A stretch of DNA of 64,000 bases from an uncultured Chloroflexia bacterium (GTDB lineage: Bacteria > Chloroflexota > Limnocylindria > Limnocylindrales > CSP1-4): the NCBI GenBank assembly GCA_963813335.1, contig CAWEYL010000001.1, positions 617,568 to 681,567 on the forward strand, in the 5' to 3' direction. Below, one piece after another: positions 34,854-44,610 of this stretch (the stretch's first letter is position 1; each line of letters starts with the position of its first letter). Under the pieces are notes generated by a model. That model did no database searches, was not told where the DNA came from, and saw nothing but the letters and a program-made list of their open reading frames with translations. Both the position numbers and the translations under genes were made by a program.

Positions 34854-37355
34854 GTGACCCTCGGTCTCGCGGCCGACCTCCCGGCCCGGGCCTCCGGGCC
34901 GCGGCTGGTGGAGGTGGCCGTGGACGCGGCCGGGGCGGGCGGTGACCGGACCTACACCTACCTCGTGCCGCCGGACCTCGCCGACCTCGAGGCGGGTGAG
35001 GCCGTGCTGGTCGAGTTCGGCCGGCGCCAGGCCCTGGGCGTCGTCCTCGGCGAGGCGGCGCCCGCTCCCGGGGTGACGCCCAAGCCCGTCGTGGATCGCG
35101 TCCGGGCGGACGGCCCGCTCCTGCCGCCGCTCGGCCTGGCCCTCGCCCGCTGGATCGCCGTGCACTACCTCGCCCCGCCGGCGCTCGTCCTGCGGGCGAT
35201 GCTCCCGCCCGGGATGCTCGAGCGGCTGGAGCTGGTCGCGGAGCTGGCGCCCGGGTCCACGGACGGCGACCCCGCGCGCTCGGCCGCGTCGCTCACGCCC
35301 GTGGACCTGGACCTCCTCGACCAGCTCGCGGGTGGGCCCCGTCCGGCCCGGACGCTGGCCGCGCCCGAGGGCCGGGCCGGGCTCACGCGCCGGTTGCGGG
35401 CGCTGGCCGCCGTCGGCCTGGTCTCGCTCGAGTGGACCCTGCTGGGCGCATCCGCCGGACCGCGCTACGAGCGTTGGATCCGCGTCACTGCTGCGGGCCG
35501 CGCGGCGGCGGCCGCCCTGGCCGCGGGGGATCGGCTCGCCGGCCGGCCGCTCGGCCCGAGGCAGGTCGCGGCGCTGACCGAGATGACCGCCGTGGACGCG
35601 GACGCGGCCGGCGCCCCCGGCGCCGAGGTCGCCGGGCGGCACGGGTCGTCCGCGGTCGCGGGGCTCGTCCGCCGGGGCCTGCTGGACGTGGAGATCCGCG
35701 AACGGCCGCGCCGCCCCCTGGCCGGTCGGCCGGTCGGGCTGCGCGGGGGCCGGCCGCCGGCCGCGGACCTGCTCCCGGCCCAGGCCGCGGCGGTGACCTT
35801 GATCCGCGACGCCCTGGCCGCCTCCGACCCCACGCCGCTCCTCCTCGACGGCGTGACCGGCGGCGGCAAGACGGCGGTCTACACCGAGGCGATCGCGACG
35901 GCGCTGGAGGCCGGCCGGCGCGCATTGGTCCTGGTGCCGGAGATCGCGCTGGCGCTCCCGCTCATCGACCGGCTTCGCGCCGACCTCGACGCCCGGGTGG
36001 CGGTCGTCCACTCCGGGCTGGGCGACGGCGAGCGCGCCGACGAATGGCGGCGGATCCGAGCCGGCGACGTCGACATCGTGGTCGGGACCCGGCTGGCGGT
36101 GCTGTCGCCGCTGCCCGACGTCGGCATCGTCATCGTCGACGAGGAACACGACGCGGCGTACAAGAGCGACCGGACGCCGCGTCTGCAGGCCCGCGACGTC
36201 GCCATCGAGCTCGGCCGGCTCGCGGGCGCGGCGGTCGTCCTCGGCTCGGCGACGCCTGCCGTCGACAGCGTGGGGCACGCCCGGGCCGGCCGGTACCGGC
36301 ACGCGGTCCTCGTCGACCGCGCGGCCGGGCGCCTGCCGAACGTCACGGTCGTCGACCTGCGGGCCGAGCTGGCCGCCGGGGAGCGCGGCCTGCTGTCGCG
36401 CCCCCTCGCCGGTGCGATCGCCGGGCTGGACACCGGCGCCGGCGAGCAGGCGATCCTCGCGCTCAACCGGCGGGGGAGCGCTTCGGTGGTCCTGTGCCGC
36501 GACTGCGGCTATGTCCAGGCGTGCCCGGACTGCGAGCGACCGCTCGTCTACCACCAGGCGGGGATGACGTTGCGCTGCCACCACTGCGGCCGCGCGACGC
36601 CGCTGGCCACTCGCTGCCCGAACTGCGAGTCGCCGCGCATCCGCTACCTGGGCGGCGGGACCGAGCGGCTCGAGCGCGAGGTCCGCGAGCGGTTCCCGGG
36701 GCTCCGCGTCGGCCGCCTCGACCGCGACGTCGTCGAGCGGCGCGGCGCGGCCGAACGGGTCGTGGACGCCTTCTCTGAAGGCCGCCTGGACGTGCTCGTC
36801 GGGACCAGCCTCGTGACCAAGGGCCTCGATATCCCGTCGGTGACACTGGTCGGTGTGGTCTCGTCGGACGTGGCGCTGAACCTGCCCGACGAGCGCGCCG
36901 CCGAGCGGACGTTCCAGTTCCTCAGCCAGGCCGTGGGACGGGCCGGCCGCGGCGACCGACCGGGTCAGGCCATCCTCCAGACCTACCAGCCCGACCACCC
37001 GGCGATCGTCGCGGTGGCGACCGGCGATGCGGCCGCGTTCCTCGACGCCGAGCTGGAGCTGCGACGGCGCTTCGGGTCGCCGCCGTTCGGTCGCCTCGTC
37101 AAGCTCACCATCGGGCTGACCGACCGGCTGGCGGCGGAACGCGAGGGGGCCGCGCTGGCGGAGCGCCTGCGCGCCCGTGCGGCGGAGCGGGGGAGCGATA
37201 CCGCGATCGCCGGGCCGGCGCCCGCCTACATCGCCCGTCGGGCCGATCGCTGGCGGTTCAACGTCGTCCTGCGGGGGACGGATCCGGTCGTCCTCCTCGA
37301 CGGTAGCGTGGACGCGCCGTGGTCGGTCGACGTCGACCCCGAATCGCTCCTCTGA
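34854..37355 (+). CDS. priA: primosomal protein N' (replication restart helicase PriA)
   Basis: Walker A GVTGGGKT, DEEHD, and the Cys-rich zinc insertion CRDCG..CPDC..CHHCG..CPNC. Confidence 0.9.
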   Translation: MTLGLAADLPARASGPRLVEVAVDAAGAGGDRTYTYLVPPDLADLEAGEAVLVEFGRRQALGVVLGEAAPAPGVTPKPVVDRVRADGPLLPPLGLALARWIAVHYLAPPALVLRAMLPPGMLERLELVAELAPGSTDGDPARSAASLTPVDLDLLDQLAGGPRPARTLAAPEGRAGLTRRLRALAAVGLVSLEWTLLGASAGPRYERWIRVTAAGRAAAAALAAGDRLAGRPLGPRQVAALTEMTAVDADAAGAPGAEVAGRHGSSAVAGLVRRGLLDVEIRERPRRPLAGRPVGLRGGRPPAADLLPAQAAAVTLIRDALAASDPTPLLLDGVTGGGKTAVYTEAIATALEAGRRALVLVPEIALALPLIDRLRADLDARVAVVHSGLGDGERADEWRRIRAGDVDIVVGTRLAVLSPLPDVGIVIVDEEHDAAYKSDRTPRLQARDVAIELGRLAGAAVVLGSATPAVDSVGHARAGRYRHAVLVDRAAGRLPNVTVVDLRAELAAGERGLLSRPLAGAIAGLDTGAGEQAILALNRRGSASVVLCRDCGYVQACPDCERPLVYHQAGMTLRCHHCGRATPLATRCPNCESPRIRYLGGGTERLEREVRERFPGLRVGRLDRDVVERRGAAERVVDAFSEGRLDVLVGTSLVTKGLDIPSVTLVGVVSSDVALNLPDERAAERTFQFLSQAVGRAGRGDRPGQAILQTYQPDHPAIVAVATGDAAAFLDAELELRRRFGSPPFGRLVKLTIGLTDRLAAEREGAALAERLRARAAERGSDTAIAGPAPAYIARRADRWRFNVVLRGTDPVVLLDGSVDAPWSVDVDPESLL

Positions 37356-37438
37356 GGGACCCCGTCCCGTGACGTTCGGCAGGGATGACCGCCGGCGCGG
37401 TTCGTGCGACCATGGCGCCCCAACAGGAGGACCCCACG

Positions 37439-37951
37439 ATGACGGATCCCGCAGCCACGCCGCCGCCCGGCGACGAGCACGCCGACCACGCGTCCACCGG
37501 ACCCGCTGACGCCGCCGATCGGGCGAAGGCGGCCGGCGAGGCCTTCTCCGAGACCGCCGGCGGGATCGTCGAGTCGATCCGCCATGCCTTCGACGACCTG
37601 GCCGAGAAGGCGACACCGGCCGTCCGCGAGGCCTCGGCCCGGGCCGCGGAGCTGACCTCGGTCGCCGCGACCAAGGCCGTGCCGCTGGCCCGCAAGGCCG
37701 GCGAGGCCACCGCCGGCGGGGCCGGCAAGCTCGCCGAGAAGTCCAAGGCCTGGGCCAACGACCTGCGCGCCTCGGCCAACGGCGGCGGCCAGGCCGCGTC
37801 CGATGTCTCGGAGGCGGCCGGTGCGGCCGGCGATGCCGCGTCCGACGCGGCGAAGGCTGCGGGCGATGCCGCCACTGCCGCGGCGGACACGGTCTCGGAG
37901 GCGGCCGATACGGTCGCCGACGCGGTCGACGACGCGACGCCGCCCGTCTGA
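37439..37951 (+). CDS. hypothetical alanine-rich, probably helical low-complexity protein
   Basis: AGGAGG RBS 8 nt before ATG 37439. Same direction as priA and def. Both strands are open here, so the coding strand is inferred. Confidence 0.5.
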   Translation: MTDPAATPPPGDEHADHASTGPADAADRAKAAGEAFSETAGGIVESIRHAFDDLAEKATPAVREASARAAELTSVAATKAVPLARKAGEATAGGAGKLAEKSKAWANDLRASANGGGQAASDVSEAAGAAGDAASDAAKAAGDAATAAADTVSEAADTVADAVDDATPPV

Positions 37952-37982
37952 CGCCCGCTCCCGGCCGGGCCGGGTGCTTCGA

Positions 37983-37988
37983 TATACT
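37983..37988 (+). promoter_or_regulatory. candidate -10 box (TATACT) 8 nt before the def ATG, implying a leaderless mRNA
   Basis: Sequence reads TATACTTCGCGGCCATG. There is no SD. Confidence 0.45.
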
Positions 37989-37996
37989 TCGCGGCC

Positions 37997-38512
37997 ATGA
38001 GCGTCCGACCCATCGTCCTCCTCGGCGACCCGCGGCTGCGCCTGAAGGGCCTGCCCGTCGACAGCTTCGGCAAATACCTGCATGAGCTGCTCGACGACCT
38101 CGCCCACACCATGCGCGACGCGCCAGGGGTCGGCCTCGCCGCGCCGCAGCTCGGCGAGGCGCTGCAGGCCTGCGTGATCGAGGTGGAGAACCATCTCTAC
38201 GAGCTGGTCAACCCGCGCATCGTCCGCTCGAGCGGCGACGACCGCGACCTCGAGGGCTGCCTGTCGATCCCGGGCTACGTCGCCTACGTCACCCGTCGTG
38301 AGAAGGTCTGGGTGGTCGCCCAGGACCGCCAGGGGCGCAAGATCAAGGTCGCCGGCTCCGGGCTGCTCGGCCGGGCCCTCCAGCACGAGCTCGACCACCT
38401 CGACGGTCGCCTCTACATCGACTATCTGGACTCGATGGACGAGCTGATGGCGGTCGGGGTCGGCGACGAGGACGACGCCGAGGTCCGCGAGGCGACGAGC
38501 GCCCTGGCGTGA
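37997..38512 (+). CDS. def: peptide deformylase
   Basis: Motifs GVGLAAPQ, EGCLSIPG and QHELDHL. Confidence 0.95.
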   Translation: MSVRPIVLLGDPRLRLKGLPVDSFGKYLHELLDDLAHTMRDAPGVGLAAPQLGEALQACVIEVENHLYELVNPRIVRSSGDDRDLEGCLSIPGYVAYVTRREKVWVVAQDRQGRKIKVAGSGLLGRALQHELDHLDGRLYIDYLDSMDELMAVGVGDEDDAEVREATSALA

Positions 38513-39459
38513 CCCGGACCGGGTCGAGCCCGAGTCCAGCGCGGACCGTCTTCTTCGGCAGCGGCTCCTTCGCCGTACCGATCCTCGAGACCCTGGCGGC
38601 GATGCCGACGCTGGTCATCGTCGGCGTGGTGACCGCGCCCGACCGGCCGAGCGGGCGATCCGGCACGCTCACCCCGACCCCCGTGGCGGTCCGGGCCGCG
38701 GCGCTTGGCCTGCCGGTCCTGCGCCCCGAGCGCGTCCGGACGCCTGACACGGTGGCCGCGATCGCTGCCCTGACGCCCGATCTCGGGGTCCTCGCCGACT
38801 ACGGCCGGATCGTCCCCGCGTCCATCCTCGAGCTGCCGGCCCACGGCATCCTGAACGTCCACCCGTCGCTGCTGCCGCGCCATCGTGGCGCGACGCCGAT
38901 CCCGGCGACGATCGCGAGCGGCGACGCGTCGGCCGGCGTCTCGATCATCCGCATGGACGACGGCATCGATACCGGCCCGATCGTGGCGCAGGCGGCGTGG
39001 CCCCTCGAGGGCACCGAGCGTGCCCCGGACCTCGAGGCGACGGCCGCCCGCCGCGGGGCGGACCTCCTCCATCGGACGATCCTGGGCTGGCTCGCGGGCG
39101 AGCAGCCGGCGGTCGCCCAGGACGACGCGGCCGCGAGTTCGACACGGCCGTTCCGCCGCGAGGACGCCCGGCTCGATCCCGCCCGGCCCGCGTTCGAACT
39201 CGAGCGCCAGGTCCGGGCCAACGCGCCGTGGCCAGGCACCTTCCTCGAAACGACCGAAGGGCGGCTCGGGGTCCTGTCCGCGTCGGTCGCGCCGGCGGGC
39301 GGGCTGGCGCCCGGGACCCTGACGGCCGACGGCCTCGAGACCGTCGATGGCCTGCTCCGGCTCGACCAGGTCCAGCCGGCCGGTGGCCGGCCCATGGCAT
39401 GGTCGGCATACCTGCGCGGTCGCCCGGGCATCGTCGGCAGCGCGGTGACCGGTCGCTGA
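38509..39459 (+). CDS. fmt: methionyl-tRNA formyltransferase
   Basis: Motifs NVHPSLLPRHRGATPI and DDGIDTGPI. GTGA overlap with def. Confidence 0.9.
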   Translation: MTRTGSSPSPARTVFFGSGSFAVPILETLAAMPTLVIVGVVTAPDRPSGRSGTLTPTPVAVRAAALGLPVLRPERVRTPDTVAAIAALTPDLGVLADYGRIVPASILELPAHGILNVHPSLLPRHRGATPIPATIASGDASAGVSIIRMDDGIDTGPIVAQAAWPLEGTERAPDLEATAARRGADLLHRTILGWLAGEQPAVAQDDAAASSTRPFRREDARLDPARPAFELERQVRANAPWPGTFLETTEGRLGVLSASVAPAGGLAPGTLTADGLETVDGLLRLDQVQPAGGRPMAWSAYLRGRPGIVGSAVTGR

Positions 39460-39470
39460 CCGGGCTGCGC

Positions 39471-39476
39471 TAGCAT
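39471..39476 (+). promoter_or_regulatory. candidate -10 box (GCGCTAGCAT context) 6 nt before the rlmN GTG, implying a leaderless mRNA
   Basis: Sequence reads TAGCATCGACCCGTG. Confidence 0.4.
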
Positions 39477-39482
39477 CGACCC

Positions 39483-40664
39483 GTGACCCACGACGATCGT
39501 CCCGGCCTGTCGGGCGTGACCCCGGCCGAGCTCGAGGCCTGGGTCGTCGAGCAGGGCCAGCCGGCCTACCGGGCGCGCCAGGTCGCCGACGCGTTCTGGA
39601 ACGCCGGCGGTACGACCGACCCGGCCACGATCGCGCCGCTGCCCGCGCCACTACGCGCCGCGCTGGCCGCGTCGTTCCGTTTCGACACGGTCGGCGAGAC
39701 CGACGTGCGCATCGCCGACGGCGGCCTGACCGAGAAGGCGCTCCACCGGCTCGACGACGGGGCGCTCATCGAATCGGTGCTGATGCACTACCCGGCCCGC
39801 GCCGGCAGCCGCGAACGGCACACGCTGTGCATCTCGAGCCAGGCCGGCTGCGCGGTGGGCTGTCCGTTCTGTGCCACCGGCGAGCTCGGGTTCACCCGGG
39901 ACCTCGCCACTGCCGAGATCGTCGACCAGGTCCGCCACGCGGCGCGCCGGCTGGCCGCGAACGGCCAGCGGCTGACGAACATCGTGTTCATGGGCATGGG
40001 CGAGCCGCTGCTCAACCTCGACCGCGTCCTCGCCGCGGTCGAGGCGCTCAACGACCCGGCTCGCTTCGGCCTCGGCGCCCGGCACATCACGGTCTCCACG
40101 TCCGGCGTGGTGCCCGGGATCCGGCGGCTGACCGCGCTCGGCCCGCAGTTCACGCTGGCCGTCTCGCTCCATGCCGCCCGGGACCCCCTTCGCGACGTGC
40201 TCGTCCCGCTGAACCGGCGCTGGCCGATCGCCGAGGTGGTGGCCGCCGCGCGCGACCACGCCCACGCCACGGGCCGGCGGATCAGCTACGAGGTCACGAT
40301 GATCGGCGGCGTGAACGACACCGACATCGACGCCGAAGCGATGGCCGACCTGCTGCGCGGCGACCACGCGCATGTCAATCTCATCCCGATGAACCCCGTG
40401 GCCCACACGCCCTGGACCGCCAGCCCGATGCCGGTCATCGAACGGTTCGCCGCGACGCTGCGGGCCGCCGGGATCGGCACGACCATCCGGCGCAACCGCG
40501 GCCAGGAGGTCGGAGCTGCCTGCGGCCAGCTCGCGGCCGAGCGGGCGGGTGAGCCGCCGGCGCCGGCGGTCGCGCGTCGGCGCGAGCGGCTGATCGTGGC
40601 CAGCGCCAGCGCGCTGCGCGGCGAGCGCAGCCACGAGCCGGCGCCCGCCGGGACGGGGGAGTAG
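39483..40664 (+). CDS. rlmN: 23S rRNA/tRNA adenine-C2 methyltransferase RlmN (radical SAM)
   Basis: [18 protein letters not shown] cluster, [12 protein letters not shown]-terminal GAACGQL. Confidence 0.9.
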   Translation: MTHDDRPGLSGVTPAELEAWVVEQGQPAYRARQVADAFWNAGGTTDPATIAPLPAPLRAALAASFRFDTVGETDVRIADGGLTEKALHRLDDGALIESVLMHYPARAGSRERHTLCISSQAGCAVGCPFCATGELGFTRDLATAEIVDQVRHAARRLAANGQRLTNIVFMGMGEPLLNLDRVLAAVEALNDPARFGLGARHITVSTSGVVPGIRRLTALGPQFTLAVSLHAARDPLRDVLVPLNRRWPIAEVVAAARDHAHATGRRISYEVTMIGGVNDTDIDAEAMADLLRGDHAHVNLIPMNPVAHTPWTASPMPVIERFAATLRAAGIGTTIRRNRGQEVGAACGQLAAERAGEPPAPAVARRRERLIVASASALRGERSHEPAPAGTGE

Positions 40665-40666
40665 CG

Positions 40667-41662
40667 GTGGGCACCGGGCGGGCCAGGGTCGCGGCCAGCA
40701 TCCTCGACGCCGACCTCTCGAACCTCGCCTATGCCGTGCGCCGGGTCCAGAAGGCGGGCGCGGACCGCATCCACCTCGACGTGATGGACGGCCATTTCGT
40801 CCCGAATCTCACATTCGGGGCGAAGACCATCAAGCACCTGCGCCGGCGGACCGAGCTGCCGTTCGATGCCCACCTGATGATCAGCGAGCCCGGCCGCTCC
40901 ATCGAGGAGTACCTCGATGCTGGCTGCGACTCCATCACGTTCCACGTCGAGATCGAGGAGCCCATCGAGCCGACGCTGCGGGCGATCCGCGACGCGGGTC
41001 GAGCGGCCGGCCTGGCCGTCCGCCCCGGGACGCCGCTGTCGGCCCTGGAGCCGTACCAGGAGCTGCTCGACATCATCCTGGTGATGACCGTGGAGCCCGG
41101 CTTCGGTGGCCAGTCGTTCATGAAGGACGTCGCCAGGGAGAAGATCCTCCCGGCCCGCGACCTGCTCCGCCACAAGGCGCACGGCGCCGAGGTGCATGTC
41201 GATGGCGGCATCAACCGCGAGACGGCCGAGTTCGCCGGGGCGCAGGGGGTCGACATCCTCGTCGTCGGGTCTGCGCTGTTCATCAAGGGCCACGACATGG
41301 GCCGCGAGATCCGGCTGATCCGGGCGCTGGCCGACGAGGGCTACCAGTACGGCCTCAACGGCGGCGAGCCGCCGATCCCGCGCGACCGCATGGTCCGCTT
41401 CGCCTCATTGCCGAAGCCGTTCGCGCGGAGCCTGATGGACGAGATCGAGGCCGGCGGCGTCCCCGTCGTGATGCTCCGCAGCGACGGGACGATGAACCCC
41501 GACGGCGTGCGCGACTACGACCTGCTGGTGCCGGCATCGGTCGAGACGCTCGTCGTCGAGCGCCACGCCTCGTCGCGCACGGAGTACGACGCCAGGGCCG
41601 AGGCCTGGCGCGAGGCGTACATCCGCGAGCACGGCGTCAGCGAGCCGCCCGGCACCCCGTGA
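40667..41662 (+). CDS. rpe: ribulose-phosphate 3-epimerase with a ~105-aa C-terminal extension of unknown function
   Basis: Motifs [22 protein letters not shown] and VDGGI. A canonical Rpe would end near residue 225, but this ORF is 331 aa. Confidence 0.85.
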   Translation: MGTGRARVAASILDADLSNLAYAVRRVQKAGADRIHLDVMDGHFVPNLTFGAKTIKHLRRRTELPFDAHLMISEPGRSIEEYLDAGCDSITFHVEIEEPIEPTLRAIRDAGRAAGLAVRPGTPLSALEPYQELLDIILVMTVEPGFGGQSFMKDVAREKILPARDLLRHKAHGAEVHVDGGINRETAEFAGAQGVDILVVGSALFIKGHDMGREIRLIRALADEGYQYGLNGGEPPIPRDRMVRFASLPKPFARSLMDEIEAGGVPVVMLRSDGTMNPDGVRDYDLLVPASVETLVVERHASSRTEYDARAEAWREAYIREHGVSEPPGTP

Positions 41663-42105
41663 GGGCGCTGCTCCAACGGGTCGCGCGGGCGGCGGTCCTC
41701 GTCGAGGGAGCCACGGTCGGCGAGATCGGCCCGGGGTTGGTGGTCCTGCTCGGCGTCGGGCCGGACGACACGGAGGCGATCGCCGACGGCCTGGCGCGAC
41801 GAGCCATCGAGCTGCGCATCTTCCGCGACGACGAGGGCCGCACGAACCGGTCGCTCGTCGACATCGGCGGGGCCGCGCTGGTCGTGTCGCAGTTCACGCT
41901 CTACGCCGACACCACGCGCGGTCGCCGGCCGGGGTTCACGGGCGCCGCGCCGCCGGAGCAGGCCGAACGCCTCTATGAGCGGTTCGCCGCGGCGATCCGC
42001 GCCTCGGGGCTGACCGTGGCCACCGGCTCCTTCGGGGCGGAGATGGCGGTCGAGCTCGTCAACGACGGCCCGTTCACGATCTGGCTCGACAGCGCCGACC
42101 GCTGA
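41659..42105 (+). CDS. dtd: D-aminoacyl-tRNA deacylase
   Basis: MRALLQRV..., [23 protein letters not shown]. Confidence 0.9.
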   Translation: MRALLQRVARAAVLVEGATVGEIGPGLVVLLGVGPDDTEAIADGLARRAIELRIFRDDEGRTNRSLVDIGGAALVVSQFTLYADTTRGRRPGFTGAAPPEQAERLYERFAAAIRASGLTVATGSFGAEMAVELVNDGPFTIWLDSADR

Positions 42106-42129
42106 ACCCGGGGCCCGGAAACGACGAAA

Positions 42130-42151
42130 CCGGTCGTCGGGCGACGACCGG
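42130..42151. terminator. GC-rich hairpin between convergent dtd and rpmB (possible bidirectional terminator)
   Basis: Inverted repeat CCGGTCGTCG/CGACGACCGG. Confidence 0.4.
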
Positions 42152-42164
42152 TCGGGTGCCTGGA

Positions 42165-42184
42165 GCGGCGCCGGAGGGCGCCGC
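42165..42184. terminator. second hairpin between dtd and rpmB
   Basis: Stem GCGGCGCC/GGCGCCGC with loop GGAG. Confidence 0.35.
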
Positions 42185-42189
42185 GAGAC

Positions 42190-42390
42190 CTAGCGGGACG
42201 CCTTCGACAGCGTCCGGCGGCAGCGGGTGCAGACGAGCGTCTTGGTGGGGACGCCCTTCTGGTTGTCGATGACGAGGGGCTGGAGATTGGGCTGCATGCG
42301 ACGGTGCGCCCGGACGCGGTTCATCCCGACCGACTGGGGGTTGAAGCCAGCCATCGAGGTCTTGCCGCAGATCGCGCAGGAGCGGGCCAT
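42190..42390 (-). CDS. rpmB: 50S ribosomal protein L28 (Cys-containing zinc-ribbon form)
   Basis: MARSCAICGK...RVRAHRRMQPNLQ...CTRCRR. Confidence 0.95.
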   Translation of the reverse strand: MARSCAICGKTSMAGFNPQSVGMNRVRAHRRMQPNLQPLVIDNQKGVPTKTLVCTRCRRTLSKASR

Positions 42391-42453
42391 GCGTGGTCCT
42401 CAGGAGGTGGTGTCTGACAGGGTCCAGCCGCGAACGGCCCGGACGGAAGCGGT

Positions 42454-42462
42454 AGGATACCA
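42454..42462 (-). promoter_or_regulatory. candidate extended -10 promoter (TGGTATCCT on the minus strand) for rpmB
   Basis: Same 9-mer as upstream of tRNA-Phe. About 60 nt before the rpmB ATG. Confidence 0.4.
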
Positions 42463-42525
42463 CACGGCCTCCGACGCTCCAGCCGGTCGCCGCCCGACCC
42501 GCCGTGCGAGGAGGACGTCGTCCGC

Positions 42526-42948
42526 GTGCCAGCCAGTCAGACGCCGGGCCGATCGCTCGTGACCCGCCGCGCGATCACCGATGTGGTCCGCGCCGCGACG
42601 CTCGGCTCTTACGGGGTGACCGGCCTCGCCGGCAGCCCGCTCGCCCGACTCCTCGCCCGCGTCGACCTCGCCCAGCCCGGGGTGGTCGTGCGCTTCGACG
42701 ACGGCCTCGACGTCGAGCTCGACCTGGACGTCGCGCTCGGCGTGCCGGTCGCCGAGGTCGCCCGCCAGGTCGATTCGGCGGTCCGCTACGCGCTCCGGCG
42801 GTCGTTCGGCCTGGAGGTCCGCCGGCTCGTCATCCACGTCGGCGGCCTGCGGGTCCAGCCCGGCGGGGCGCCGCCGGTCGTCGCCCACGAGGACCCGACC
42901 CAGATCCGGACCCGCGACCTCGCCGACAGCGGGACGGACGTCGCCTGA
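42526..42948 (+). CDS. Asp23/Gls24 family envelope stress protein (YloU-like)
   Basis: Asp23-type pattern ITDVVRAATLGSYGV...VELDLDVALGVPVAEVARQV. Position before yloV. Confidence 0.8.
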   Translation: MPASQTPGRSLVTRRAITDVVRAATLGSYGVTGLAGSPLARLLARVDLAQPGVVVRFDDGLDVELDLDVALGVPVAEVARQVDSAVRYALRRSFGLEVRRLVIHVGGLRVQPGGAPPVVAHEDPTQIRTRDLADSGTDVA

Positions 42949-44609
42949 TGGTCCGCCGGGCCTGTGACGGGGCCGGCCTGCTGGCGGCATTCGGGGCCGC
43001 CGTCGTCAATCTCGAGGCCCACGTCGACGAGATCAACGCCCTGAACGTCTACCCGGTGCCCGATGGCGATACGGGCTCGAACATGGCCGCGACCGTGCGC
43101 GCCGCGCTCGAGGAGGCCGAGAAGGCCGCCGGCCAGCCGGTCGACCGCGTCGCCGCCGCGATCAGCTTCGGGGCGCTCATGGGCGCCCGCGGCAACTCGG
43201 GGGTCATCACCAGCCAGATCTTCCGCGGGATGGCCGAGGGCCTCGAGGGCAAGAAGCGGTTCAACGGGCTGGACCTCGCGCACGCGCTCGCGACGGGCTC
43301 GAAGACGGCCTATGCCGCGGTGGCGAAGCCGGTCGAGGGCACGATCCTGACGGTCATCCGCGAATCGGCGGACGCAGCGGTCGCGGCCGCGGAGCACAGC
43401 GAGGACCTCGAGGTGGTCCTCGCCGCGACGGTGGACGCCGCGGAGAAGTCGGTGGCGCGGACGCCGACCCTCCTGGCCGTCCTGCGCGAGGCCGGGGTCG
43501 TGGACTCGGGCGGAGAGGGCCTGTACCGGCTGTTCCAGGGGGCGCTCCTCCATCTCGTGGGACAGGCGCCGGCGGCCGCGGCACGGGGACGTGGGACGGA
43601 CGGCATGAAGCCGTCGGCGCTCGTCGCGCACGCCGACGAGGGGTTCGGCTACGAGACGATGTTCCTGCTGCTGGCCGAGGGCTCGCACCTGCTCGACGTC
43701 GATGCCATCCGCATCCACCTCGGATCGATCGGGGAGTCCGTGCTCGTCGCCGGCGACCCGCGCGCGCTCAAGGTCCACGTCCACAACGAGCGCCCGGACC
43801 TCGTCATCGGATATGGCCTGACGCTCGGGTCGCTGAGCCGGATCAGCGTGGAGAACCTCGACAACCAGACGCGCGACGTCCGCGAGACGCGGGCCGCCGA
43901 GTTCACCACGGGTGACGGCGGGCGCACCGGCGGCGCCCCCGCGCCGCTCAGCCTCTCCCTCGCGGTGATCGCCGTGGTGGCCGGCGATGGCCTCGCGGCG
44001 ATCTTCCGGGATTTCGGGGTCGCGGCGGTCGTGCAGGGCGGGCAGACGTCCAACCCCAGCACCGGCGAGCTCCTCGAGGCCGTCTCGAAGGTCGACGCGC
44101 GCGAGGTCCTGATCCTGCCCAACAACCCCAACGTGGTCCTCGCCGCGCGACAGGTCGCCGCCATGGCCGACCGACCGGTCGCGGTCGTGGCCAGCCGGAA
44201 TGCCGCCGAGGGGTTCGCGGCGCTGCTCGCCCTCGACCCGACGCTCGGCGCCGAGGCGAACTGCGGCCCCATGACCGAGGCCGCCCGGGCGATCCAGAGC
44301 GTGGTCGTCACCGAGGCCGTCCGCGACGCGACGATCGGCGGGAAGAAGGTCAAGCGAGGCCAGACGATCGCCCTCGATCCCGACGACGGGCTCATCGCGG
44401 TGGACGGCGACGGGCCGAATGCGGTCCTCGCCGCGGTCGCCGCCCTGCAGCCCGGCTACGAGCTGCTGACCGTCTTCTACGGCGACGGCGCGGACCTCGA
44501 GGAGGCCGAGGACATGGCGAAGCGGATCGGCGCCCAGGTGCCCGGGATCGAGGTGGAGGTCCGCCACGGCGGCCAGCCCTACTACCGGTACCTGATCTCG
44601 GCGGAGTAG
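42948..44609 (+). CDS. yloV: DAK2 domain fusion protein YloV
   Basis: Motif NVYPVPDGDTGSNM...GARGNSGVI. TGATG overlap with asp23. Confidence 0.85.
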   Translation: MVRRACDGAGLLAAFGAAVVNLEAHVDEINALNVYPVPDGDTGSNMAATVRAALEEAEKAAGQPVDRVAAAISFGALMGARGNSGVITSQIFRGMAEGLEGKKRFNGLDLAHALATGSKTAYAAVAKPVEGTILTVIRESADAAVAAAEHSEDLEVVLAATVDAAEKSVARTPTLLAVLREAGVVDSGGEGLYRLFQGALLHLVGQAPAAAARGRGTDGMKPSALVAHADEGFGYETMFLLLAEGSHLLDVDAIRIHLGSIGESVLVAGDPRALKVHVHNERPDLVIGYGLTLGSLSRISVENLDNQTRDVRETRAAEFTTGDGGRTGGAPAPLSLSLAVIAVVAGDGLAAIFRDFGVAAVVQGGQTSNPSTGELLEAVSKVDAREVLILPNNPNVVLAARQVAAMADRPVAVVASRNAAEGFAALLALDPTLGAEANCGPMTEAARAIQSVVVTEAVRDATIGGKKVKRGQTIALDPDDGLIAVDGDGPNAVLAAVAALQPGYELLTVFYGDGADLEEAEDMAKRIGAQVPGIEVEVRHGGQPYYRYLISAE

Positions 44610-44610
44610 G

